A stretch of DNA of 64,000 nucleotides, from NCBI GenBank assembly GCA_965198175.1, contig OZ240245.1, positions 4,288,001-4,352,000 of the forward strand, written 5' to 3'. The stretch comes from Candidatus Poribacteria bacterium (GTDB lineage: Bacteria > Poribacteria > WGA-4E > PCPOR2b). A program made the position numbers and the translations under genes. Below the pieces are notes generated by a model. The model ran no database searches. It had not been told where the DNA came from and saw only the letters and a list, made by a program, of their open reading frames with translations. This document shows positions 29,121-37,334 of the stretch, piece by piece. The stretch's first letter is position 1; every line of letters begins with the position of its first letter.

Positions 29121-29806
29121 ATGAATCTTGACAGTTGTTCTCGCCCCATTGAAGATGTCCCCGACCAAGAATTGAAAGACTTGATTGGAAAGCATTGAAG
29201 ATGTCCCCGACCAAGAATTGAAAGACTTGATTGGAAAGCATTGAAGATGTCCCCGACCAAGAATTGAAAGACTTGATTGGAAAGCAGAGAGAAAACCAAC
29301 ATATTGATTTCAAGCAGAAATACGATCGCCAGGATTCCAAAGACCAAGAAAAGTACAAATGGGAGATATGCAAGGACGTTACCGCGATGGCGAACACCCA
29401 AGGTGGATATATCCTAATCGGCGTTCAAGAAAGAAACAGAGTAGCACGAGGTTTTTTCACTGTGAGAGATTCCCAGAAAGTGGCTAAGAGCATTAACGGC
29501 GTCTGCCCCCGTTGCATAGAACCACCGATTCTAGGTCTCGAAGTCGAGAAACGTTCATTTGAATGGAACGACCAGGGCATTAGCCTTGTCATTATCCATG
29601 TTCTGCCTAGCGAAATTCGCCCCCACGGTTTCCGATTGAAAGGTTCTATCAACTTCGTGAAACGGGTTGGCGACCATACCAGAGAATACCCCATGACCGA
29701 CCTAGCTGTTGATTTTTCTGCCCGTCACTTGCCACCAGTTATTCATGAAATTAATGAAAAACTAGACACCATCAATAGGAGTATCCTACAGATTAGGGAA
29801 CGTTAA
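29121..29806 (+). pseudogene. AlbA_2 (Schlafen-like) domain gene frameshifted by the 46-bp triplication (TTG at 29231 could still give 191 aa)
   Basis: E...IDFK, KDV.AMAN..GG.ILIGV.E and I.P motifs; the ATG 29121 frame stops at 29198. Confidence 0.75.
29147..29284 (+). repeat. perfect tandem repeat, 3 x 46 bp
   Basis: CATTGAAGATGTCCCCGACCAAGAATTGAAAGACTTGATTGGAAAG at 29147, 29193 and 29239. Confidence 0.97.
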
Positions 29807-30559
29807 ATGTCTTCTCAACAGGAATCCATAGAACCTCGAGCAATGGGAGGTCTTGAACCTTCGTCATATACGGGAAGAACGGTTGGGCAAGATCGTAAGG
29901 CGGCAATCTTGAGCGAACCTTATTATCAGATCGCTGTAGTTCCTTCGCAACACAATCCCCATGCGGTCTTTACAAAAAATTCAAACATACGTGAAATTCT
30001 GCTAAATCCAGGGAATGTCCGCAGAACCGGGTTCGGTTTCATTGGAGTCAAGAGGATGGAACCATCTCCTGAGGGAATTACGGGTATAGATGTATGGGGT
30101 TATGGCGTGGAACTTTGGCACAACGGATTCCTTAGACTGCGAAGACCGCTGTCTAGCACACAATTCCAATGGTACAAGCAAGAGAGCAACATTCCTTCCC
30201 ATTCAAACTGGTTGTACCCGTATGGAGTCTGTGAGTATCCAGTTACATTCATGAGGTTAGTCAAAGAGATATACCAAGTGGCTGGCATTAGTTCGCCGAT
30301 TCATGTGCAACAGGAGTATCATAATCTCAGTGGATTTCTATTGGTGGGAAGACATCCCCTCAATCCGCTTTTTGGGTTGCTTGAACATGAGCGAAAAGTA
30401 TATGCGTCGCTGGACCCCATTGTTTCCAAACAGACTGTAAATCCGGATTTTGTCCCGGATCGAGTCGCGTACAATTTGGTAAGCGACGTCTATGCTTCTT
30501 TTGGATTGGGTAAGGACTTGATTCCTCTTTTTGATGCGAAACGCAATTTTACCCCTTGA
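29807..30559 (+). CDS. hypothetical protein, probably the C-terminal domain of the AlbA_2 protein
   Basis: ATG immediately follows the TAA of the AlbA_2 ORF in the same frame. Confidence 0.6.
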   Translation: MSSQQESIEPRAMGGLEPSSYTGRTVGQDRKAAILSEPYYQIAVVPSQHNPHAVFTKNSNIREILLNPGNVRRTGFGFIGVKRMEPSPEGITGIDVWGYGVELWHNGFLRLRRPLSSTQFQWYKQESNIPSHSNWLYPYGVCEYPVTFMRLVKEIYQVAGISSPIHVQQEYHNLSGFLLVGRHPLNPLFGLLEHERKVYASLDPIVSKQTVNPDFVPDRVAYNLVSDVYASFGLGKDLIPLFDAKRNFTP

Positions 30560-30793
30560 TTTTCCACCTCAAATCTAAAGTCACTTTACCCGATGCCACG
30601 CTGCTTTCCTCAAAAAAACGGCATCGCCCAAGCTTCAATGCTAAAACCGAGCAGCTAGCTTCATGCAATCTCGGGAAGATAAAGCGCACAAATCCCAGAC
30701 CGTCCAAGATCCCTTTGCATCTTCCCTCTCCCTTCTCTCGCCTTAACTTCGCCGCCCCAAAATCCTTACCCTGGAAAAAATTCAAAAATACCC

Positions 30794-30822
30794 TTGCAAA
30801 ATTGATTTGTGTGGTTTATAAT
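30794..30822 (+). promoter_or_regulatory. sigma-70-type promoter
   Basis: TTGCAA-N17-TATAAT. Confidence 0.55.
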
Positions 30823-30863
30823 ATGGGATAATATGAGGCTATTTTGTCAACCGTAGTTTTCAT

Positions 30864-31001
30864 CTATAGTGAAACCAATAATTATTTATACACTGCGGTA
30901 GGTTCGGTTTCCTAACCGAACCGGTATTTATCTAGTCCGCAGGTGCGGTTGGAAACCGCACCTACCGAAACATGTGTAAATATGAATGGAATTGACTATA
31001 G
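30864..31001. mobile_element. 138-bp MITE-like element with CTATAGT-ended imperfect inverted repeats enclosing an inverted REP pair
   Basis: CTATAGTGAAACC..TATTTATACAC vs reverse complement CTATAGTCAATTCC..TATTTACACAT; inner GTAGGTTCGGTTTCCTAACCGAACC and AGGTGCGGTTGGAAACCGCACCTAC. Confidence 0.65.
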
Positions 31002-31055
31002 TATCACCAATATCGCTAGAGGGCTTAAATGCCTTAATACCGACACAGCCAAACC

Positions 31056-31269
31056 ATGTCACATCTGATGTCACATTTTGTGCAATCAGTGTGATATTTT
31101 GTGACATAATGTGACTCGGAATTATCTAGTAGACCCGCAGCGACAACAAGCGGGAAGCTTGACCAGTATTGGCTTTTCGCCATTTCTACTTTGCCTTAGG
31201 TAACGATACGGCGAGCGTTTTCGACCACATCCGCCAAAATATGTGACATTTTGTGACATTTTGTGACAT
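31056..31269. repeat. array of TGTGACA(T) boxes in both orientations
   Basis: ATGTCACAT at 31056 and 31068; TGTGA(T/C) at ~31090, 31100, 31110; three 10-bp tandem copies at 31241-31270. Confidence 0.75.
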
Positions 31270-31355
31270 CCCGACGATCTCGGCGAAATCCTGAACGGTT
31301 TGGACGCAAGATTCTTTCATAAATTGACATTAGAAGACACCAGAAAAGAGCAACC

Positions 31356-32540
31356 ATGCTAGAAGAACGATTGAGAAGATTTAGGCTTGCCCGCGGCATG
31401 TCCCTCGACGACCTCGTGGCGGCGATTGACGGGCTGGTTAGCAAGCAAGCGTTGTCAAAGTATGAACGCGGCATGATGCAGCCCACAGCGGTGGTGATGA
31501 ATCGAATCGCTTCCGCATTCGGTGTCAAGTCCGCCCAATTGTGGGGGGAACCAGTGTGTCGTGTCGAATGCCTCGCCTACCGCAAGCGCGCACGCTTGCC
31601 CAAGAAAGAAATGGAACGGATTGAGAGTTTTGTTACTGAATTGTTGGAGAAACGCGTCGCCTTCCAAGAACGGATTGGTGAACCTGACAGTCTCGACCTC
31701 CCGATTCAAGCGCTTCCGGTCCGCAAACTCGACGATGCAGAGGGCGCCGCACTCACGCTTCGGCACGATTGGAACCTGAGCGAAGACCCAATTGCAAACC
31801 TTGTGGATGTGCTTGAAAACCACCACATCCACATTATTGAAGTTGATGCGGACGAGGAGTTCGACGGCATCTCTGCCTTGGCGCGCGATGCTGAGGGAAA
31901 CCTGTTAGCGGCGGCAATCGCAACCCGCCGAGGCACATGGGGAGACCGCCATCGACTCAACATGGCGCACGAACTTGGACATCTGACGCTGCAATTAAGC
32001 GAAGACGTTGACCCGGAGAAAGCCGCGTTTCGATTCGGCGCCGCGTTCCTTGCACCCGCTGCGCCGTTGCATCATGAGTTAGGTAAGAAGCAACGCCGCG
32101 TCCAGCAGGACGACCTCCTCTACCTCAAGTGGCGTTACGGGTTGAGCATTCAGGCGATTCTATACCGGTTGAAAGATTTGCACATCATTTCGGATGCCCA
32201 CGCCCAGCAGTGGTGGATAAATATTAACAAATTGGGCTGGAAGAAGCGCGAACCGATTGAGATTCCCGCCGAAAAACCGAAGCGGTTTCATCAGCAGGTG
32301 TTCCACGCTCTTTTCGAAGGATCGATAGAAGAAGAGGAAGCGAATCAACTGCTCAATGACACCCTTGCGGCATCCGCACCTGGACTACTGATTGAACGCC
32401 GCGCATTCTTGCAACTCCCAACGGAGAGGAGACGCAAGCTGCTCCGGGAGCAAGCGCAGCGAATGGCAGATTACTATGAGAACGATTCTGAATGGCGCAA
32501 TCTAGAAGGAGACAACCTTGTCGAAGCCGAACCCAAATAA
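31356..32540 (+). CDS. XRE-family HTH regulator fused to ImmA/IrrE metallopeptidase, with an extra C-terminal tail
   Basis: RL.RG.SL..L...VSKQALSKYE.G HTH; HELGH zinc motif; E..A..F..AFL.P. Confidence 0.9.
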   Translation: MLEERLRRFRLARGMSLDDLVAAIDGLVSKQALSKYERGMMQPTAVVMNRIASAFGVKSAQLWGEPVCRVECLAYRKRARLPKKEMERIESFVTELLEKRVAFQERIGEPDSLDLPIQALPVRKLDDAEGAALTLRHDWNLSEDPIANLVDVLENHHIHIIEVDADEEFDGISALARDAEGNLLAAAIATRRGTWGDRHRLNMAHELGHLTLQLSEDVDPEKAAFRFGAAFLAPAAPLHHELGKKQRRVQQDDLLYLKWRYGLSIQAILYRLKDLHIISDAHAQQWWININKLGWKKREPIEIPAEKPKRFHQQVFHALFEGSIEEEEANQLLNDTLAASAPGLLIERRAFLQLPTERRRKLLREQAQRMADYYENDSEWRNLEGDNLVEAEPK

Positions 32541-32598
32541 CCCGCGTCGGGTAGAGGTTTGGAATGTGAACTTCTTCCCCATGATTGGGAAGCCGTAG
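32518..32598 (+). pseudogene. truncated PemK/MazF toxin remnant
   Basis: TTG after GAAGGAG gives MSKPNPNNPRRVEVWNVNFFPMIGKP*, resembling the MazF N-terminus PRRGEVW.V.FDP..G. Confidence 0.55.
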
Positions 32599-32711
32599 CC
32601 GCCCGTAGAACAGATCCAATGTATCGGGTCTTTCAGATATGAAAAAGAACGGAAACGTAGTCTAAATCTTTAGACACCAATTACCTCACTATGTGAAAGA
32701 AAGGATAGTGA

Positions 32712-33794
32712 ATGGCAACTGTTGACACAATCCTTCCACACCAGCAAGAAGTTGTTAATAAACTGGAGAGCTACCTTGTTAGCGATTCCATACGCCCGCT
32801 TTTCCTAAATGGCGATGCGTCGGCGGTCTTACAGGAGTTTCCAGATGATTGTATAGATTGCTGCCTGACAAGTCCGCCTTATTGGGGTCACAGAAAGTAT
32901 GCGGAGAACGGCATAGGTCTTGAACCGGATTATCATCAATATATATCAAATTTAGCAGCGATTTTGAGAGAAGTAAAGCGTGTTCTCAGACAGACAGGCT
33001 CTTTATGGCTTAACCTTGGTGATTCATATAAAAATAAGTATCTTCTAGGTATACCGTGGCGTGTCGCCTTAGAATTAATGGATTCGCAAGATTGGATTCT
33101 GCGTAATAGTATTATTTGGAATAAAATAAAGGGTAATCCGGATAATTCACGGGACAAGCTGAGAACCGTTCACGAGAATGTGTTTCATTTTGTAAAGTCG
33201 CCCAAATATTATTATGATGTAGATGCAATTCGTTCAAAGCCAAAGAAAACCAAGGTTATAAATGGAAGCGTCGTATCTGCAACAGGCGTTTCAGGGGTCC
33301 GATATAGACAGCAAATTGAACGTTCTACTGCACTTAACGAGAGCGAGAAGAAAAAAGCCTATGAAGCCTTAGATTATGTTTTCAAAGAGGTAAGTAGTGG
33401 AAAATTAGCAGATTTTCGTATGATAATCCGAGGACAGCAACGAACGACTCATTCTGATGCTGAACAAGTTTCGGGAAGAGCTAAAGAAATACGGGACAGA
33501 GGGTTCTATTTTCTCAAATATCACCCGAAGGGTAGTAAGCCTGGAGATGTGTGGGATATAATACCAGAAGATACACAGCAGCGTACAGTTCATTATGCTC
33601 CATATCCCGAAGATCTGTGTAAACTTCCAATTCTTGCAACTTGTCCACAGGAGGGTGTCGTATTAGATCCCTTTTCCGGAACTGGTACGACCTCATTGGT
33701 TGCTTTCCACTTCCAGAGGAAGTCAGTTGGAATAGATATATCTGAATCCTATATAGCACTCGCTAAGGAGAGAGTCACTTCCTACTTACTATGA
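32712..33794 (+). CDS. site-specific DNA methyltransferase, beta class (N4-C/N6-A; SPPY suggests m4C)
   Basis: TSPPY, GSLWLNLGD, H.A.YP..L and LDPFSGTGTT motifs. Confidence 0.93.
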   Translation: MATVDTILPHQQEVVNKLESYLVSDSIRPLFLNGDASAVLQEFPDDCIDCCLTSPPYWGHRKYAENGIGLEPDYHQYISNLAAILREVKRVLRQTGSLWLNLGDSYKNKYLLGIPWRVALELMDSQDWILRNSIIWNKIKGNPDNSRDKLRTVHENVFHFVKSPKYYYDVDAIRSKPKKTKVINGSVVSATGVSGVRYRQQIERSTALNESEKKKAYEALDYVFKEVSSGKLADFRMIIRGQQRTTHSDAEQVSGRAKEIRDRGFYFLKYHPKGSKPGDVWDIIPEDTQQRTVHYAPYPEDLCKLPILATCPQEGVVLDPFSGTGTTSLVAFHFQRKSVGIDISESYIALAKERVTSYLL

Positions 33795-34639
33795 ACAGTA
33801 AAGTAATGGAAATATTCGGCGCGAGCAGTTCTTCTGAGAACGTAAAGTGGAATCAGATTCTCGAATCGCAGCGGTGTCCATTTCTTAAAAAGAAATGCAT
33901 CAAGGTTAGAAAAAGTCAACCGGAAGTGGCGATTGGAACATGTACCGTTAGGCATGGTAGGGGCAATAAGCATATTGTTATTTGCCCTCACCGCCTACTA
34001 GAGAGACAGCAGATTTTCACGGATTGTCTGCATTTGTTGACACTTCACGAGCCTGGTAATGAACTCCACATAATGTCAGAAATATCTATTCCGGGTGGAA
34101 GTGTTGATTATTTTCTAGTGTCGCTGCGAGAAAGAAAGGTGAGAGACTTCGTAGGGATCGAATTACAGACGTTAGACACAACAGGAACGGTATGGCCGGA
34201 GAGACAAAAATTGTTGGACCAGAAGGGTATATCCGTTCCCGCTGAAGATATAGAATTTTCAAGGAATTTCGGCATAAATTGGAAAATGACGGCAAAGACG
34301 ATACTCGTGCAATTACACCACAAGATAGAGACATTTGAGAATATCAATAAGCATCTAGTTGTTGTTGTTCAAGACCACCTAATGGAATACATGAAAGGTG
34401 AATTTTCATTTGGCCACCTTAATTCTGCACGGCTGGGCGATTCGATGCACATTCATTCTTATGCTTTGAAAGAAAATCTATCAACCTATCGTCTTGAACT
34501 TAACGAGCGCCGAAGCACAGATACTAAAGGCATCTCAGTATGTTTAGGACTTCAAGCTGACGCAAACGTTGCGTTAGAGGATATTATAGAAATTCTTGAA
34601 TCCAAAATCTCTGATGATACGATTTTACGCCTCAACTAA
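33791..34639 (+). CDS. NotI-family type II restriction endonuclease
   Basis: E.FG, CPF....C.K.RK......GTC.V......ICP.R Cys4 motif, G.VDY, GIELQTLDTTG and NWK; ATGA overlap with the MTase. Confidence 0.85.
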   Translation: MNSKVMEIFGASSSSENVKWNQILESQRCPFLKKKCIKVRKSQPEVAIGTCTVRHGRGNKHIVICPHRLLERQQIFTDCLHLLTLHEPGNELHIMSEISIPGGSVDYFLVSLRERKVRDFVGIELQTLDTTGTVWPERQKLLDQKGISVPAEDIEFSRNFGINWKMTAKTILVQLHHKIETFENINKHLVVVVQDHLMEYMKGEFSFGHLNSARLGDSMHIHSYALKENLSTYRLELNERRSTDTKGISVCLGLQADANVALEDIIEILESKISDDTILRLN

Positions 34640-34939
34640 CCCATCCTTATCAATAGGGCAAAGCCCAGCATATATTAAGATGTGTGCACAAGCTGGCATA
34701 TTAAATGACCGTGCAGAAACGGAGTTATTGCATAGAAGAACCTCTAAAGTCTTTGATAGACATTCGCGCTTTACCGTTCAACCCAACCTACACGGCTTAT
34801 CAATTGAACATTCTAGTTTCGTACAGGACACCGCCGGTGTCCCTTAATCATAGCGCAAAATAGCGCAAAACCGACTACACAAAACCAGCACGGTGTCCCG
34901 CTTCGCAGGCTCGACGCCTTGCGCTAAAAGGAGAAAAAT

Positions 34940-36046
34940 ATGTCAAAGCGCAAAACAAACCCATATCAACTGACAGATGAAGAAAAACTCGCCGTCGTTG
35001 ATTTATACGCACAGTTTCGTACAACCTCACAAATCGTAGATCAGGTCATGCGGTGGAAGCCCAACGCCGCCACCGGCGATATAGACAAAGACCGAAAATA
35101 CGTACGCGACGCGATTCGTACCTGCAACCCAAAGTCGTCCGCGTTCTCGTTTCAAATCGCCCTGACGGCTAGACGCGCCGAATACCTTGCCGAAGGGAAT
35201 GGGGCGCTCGTCGCTGCCGTTTGTGAAACCGCACACGCTGTCGCTGAAGCGATCCCCCATATCAAATTCGACTTCACATCGGTCACGCCGAAAGACCTGC
35301 CCAATTTTGTTTCCGGTCTCAAGGAGTTATTCGAGTTGATGACTGCAATGGGTATTACCGTCACACAAGACATCTCCGAATCCGTTCGATTTGGGCAAAG
35401 ATTAGACGAACATCCAGAAAATCGACGTGACGAGTTATTTGTTCCATACAATGAAACTCGCCGTGAAATGTGGGGGCAATCCGAGCCATACGAGCTAGCC
35501 AAATCTAAGCAAATCGAGACCGGAACCGGGCGCAGCGCCGAACACCTAGACGCTGGTGTCTATCCAGAAAACTACGAGATTCCTGATGTCCACGTGAAGG
35601 AACTCTGGGAGATGGTTTACGGGGACACAGACGGAAAAACCCCGTCGGTTAAGCAGATGAGGAGTGATTTCGACGATATTAAACTTTTCGAGGAAGCTTT
35701 CGGCGGAGACGTTGTTAGCTTCGAACATAGGCTTAAACTCTACAGGATGCTGCTTTCCCACGATTGGGATTCTCTCACCCCGAAGTGGACAGAATGGCGA
35801 CGCCAAGCGTTTGCGGATGCACTACAAAAGCTGCGCAAACCGACAGCGGGCGAAACTGATGGCACCTATGATTCCGAAAAAGAAGAACATCCCACGCAGG
35901 CACCTTCGGCAGTAGAAAGCAACAACGGCGACCGCGGCGCTGACGATACCGGCGACGGTCCACCGCCAATCCGTGCCGTTGAAACCGCAGGAGATTTATC
36001 CCCGAAAGAGAAGCATCCTAATAACGGACATGCAACACAAAGGTAG
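34940..36046 (+). CDS. hypothetical protein with N-terminal DUF2280-like HTH (mobile-element related)
   Basis: LTDEEKLAVVDLYAQF.T.SQIVD.V resembles DUF2280 N-termini; AAGGAG RBS; acidic disordered tail. Confidence 0.55.
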   Translation: MSKRKTNPYQLTDEEKLAVVDLYAQFRTTSQIVDQVMRWKPNAATGDIDKDRKYVRDAIRTCNPKSSAFSFQIALTARRAEYLAEGNGALVAAVCETAHAVAEAIPHIKFDFTSVTPKDLPNFVSGLKELFELMTAMGITVTQDISESVRFGQRLDEHPENRRDELFVPYNETRREMWGQSEPYELAKSKQIETGTGRSAEHLDAGVYPENYEIPDVHVKELWEMVYGDTDGKTPSVKQMRSDFDDIKLFEEAFGGDVVSFEHRLKLYRMLLSHDWDSLTPKWTEWRRQAFADALQKLRKPTAGETDGTYDSEKEEHPTQAPSAVESNNGDRGADDTGDGPPPIRAVETAGDLSPKEKHPNNGHATQR

Positions 36047-36050
36047 CAAT

Positions 36051-36290
36051 TGTAGGTTGGGTTGAAATCAACCGATCAACTGAGCGAATAGATCTAGCGA
36101 CTGGATAAGGAGCGCGGTAGTTTTCCTTAGGATCAAGCGAACGTTTAGTGAGCATGATAGTCTTCCCTATTTTGACCGGATTGAGCACGCTTAGCGAAAA
36201 ACACAACATTGCAAACACCAATGCCGCGAATCGATGGTTCCTCAATTCTAAATGTCGAGCGAAACACAACGCTTTTGAAACTGTCTTTGA
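36051..36290. repeat. REP-like element with nested GATCAA units
   Basis: GTAGGTTGGGTTGA.ATCAACC, three GATC(A/T)A units, then GCGAAACACAACGCTTTT. Confidence 0.75.
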
Positions 36291-36616
36291 AAGGCACCTA
36301 CGTTTAACTGTGCAATCTAATGCCATTTCTCTAAGATGCCAGTGCATTAATAACGTGAATCAAGTAAGGATATCCAGTAATGCTTGCTACTTCAGCAACA
36401 GCCAATCGCCTTCGCTGCCAACACCGAATGCTTATGTGCTCCCTTAATCATAGTCCATCACTCAATCATACAAATCACAGTTCAGACAGCCCGCACCCTG
36501 ACTAGCGTTCAGCCCAACGCTTTTCAATCACCGTTGTCCGTGCGATTGATGTTTAAGTTTCCAATTACCTATCTATAGCACGGCGTTGCCCCATAGCAGA
36601 ACTTCTTGAAATATCT

Positions 36617-37261
36617 ATGTCAAAAGAATTGTGCCCCAAAAAATTCCAAGAAACATTTGATGCCTATTTTCGTAGATGGAATATATGCGTTGGAATTTTA
36701 TTTGTCGTCGCTTTTTCGCTGTTCTTTGTCCCCCTGTTAGTCAGGGCAACAAACTCAGAACTTCCGTCGTTCATCCGCTCAATCGTCAATTTTGGTTTCT
36801 ACCCTGGGATGGGCAAAACCACATTCGGATTCATCACTATTGGAATCATCTCAGTTGGGCCTGTAACGGTTGGTGTAATCGCTATCGGAGCCTGCACCGC
36901 CGGTGTCTTCGCGTTGGGAGCGGGTTCTGTAGGTATCTTCGCCTTCGGTGCGTTTTCTGTGGGTATTTTCGCTTTTGGCGGAAACGCGCTTGGAGTCATC
37001 GCTCTTGGGGCAGGTTCGCGCTATGGTGCAATCGACAAGTGGTCTGCGCCACGAGGTCGGTTCGACATCGGTAGAGCGGTTGGAATGGTTGCCATGGGGC
37101 CTACAGCCTCCGGTGTGTTCACATTGTCTTATGCCGGGAAAGGCAGGCACATGTTCTCGCTGGACCGTCAAGATGCAGAGGCTGTCGCGCTGTTCACACG
37201 TTGGCTGCCAAAGTTCAGCGAGGTGTTTTCGCCCTGTTCTGAAAATCTCAAAAGTGTGTAG
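36617..37261 (+). CDS. membrane protein with Gly-rich (G-I/V-I/F-A-I/F-G) repeats
   Basis: TM helix followed by repeated GIISVG/GVIAIG/GVFALG/GIFAFG units. Confidence 0.7.
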   Translation: MSKELCPKKFQETFDAYFRRWNICVGILFVVAFSLFFVPLLVRATNSELPSFIRSIVNFGFYPGMGKTTFGFITIGIISVGPVTVGVIAIGACTAGVFALGAGSVGIFAFGAFSVGIFAFGGNALGVIALGAGSRYGAIDKWSAPRGRFDIGRAVGMVAMGPTASGVFTLSYAGKGRHMFSLDRQDAEAVALFTRWLPKFSEVFSPCSENLKSV

Positions 37262-37334
37262 ATTGGGTTGAGTGAATCCATAGATCGATTCTAACCTTTT
37301 ATGAACCCCCTAATTCATCCGAGGAGCTACTCAA

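Noticed and set aside
29147..29284. CRISPR array
   Set aside because: Units are head-to-tail and identical with no spacers, lie in coding sequence, and no cas genes are present
30556..30831. 91-aa ORF after the AlbA_2 locus
   Set aside because: Low-complexity, no RBS or motif, and runs into a promoter
17547..36046. Prophage or ICE
   Set aside because: No integrase, structural, conjugation or att features found
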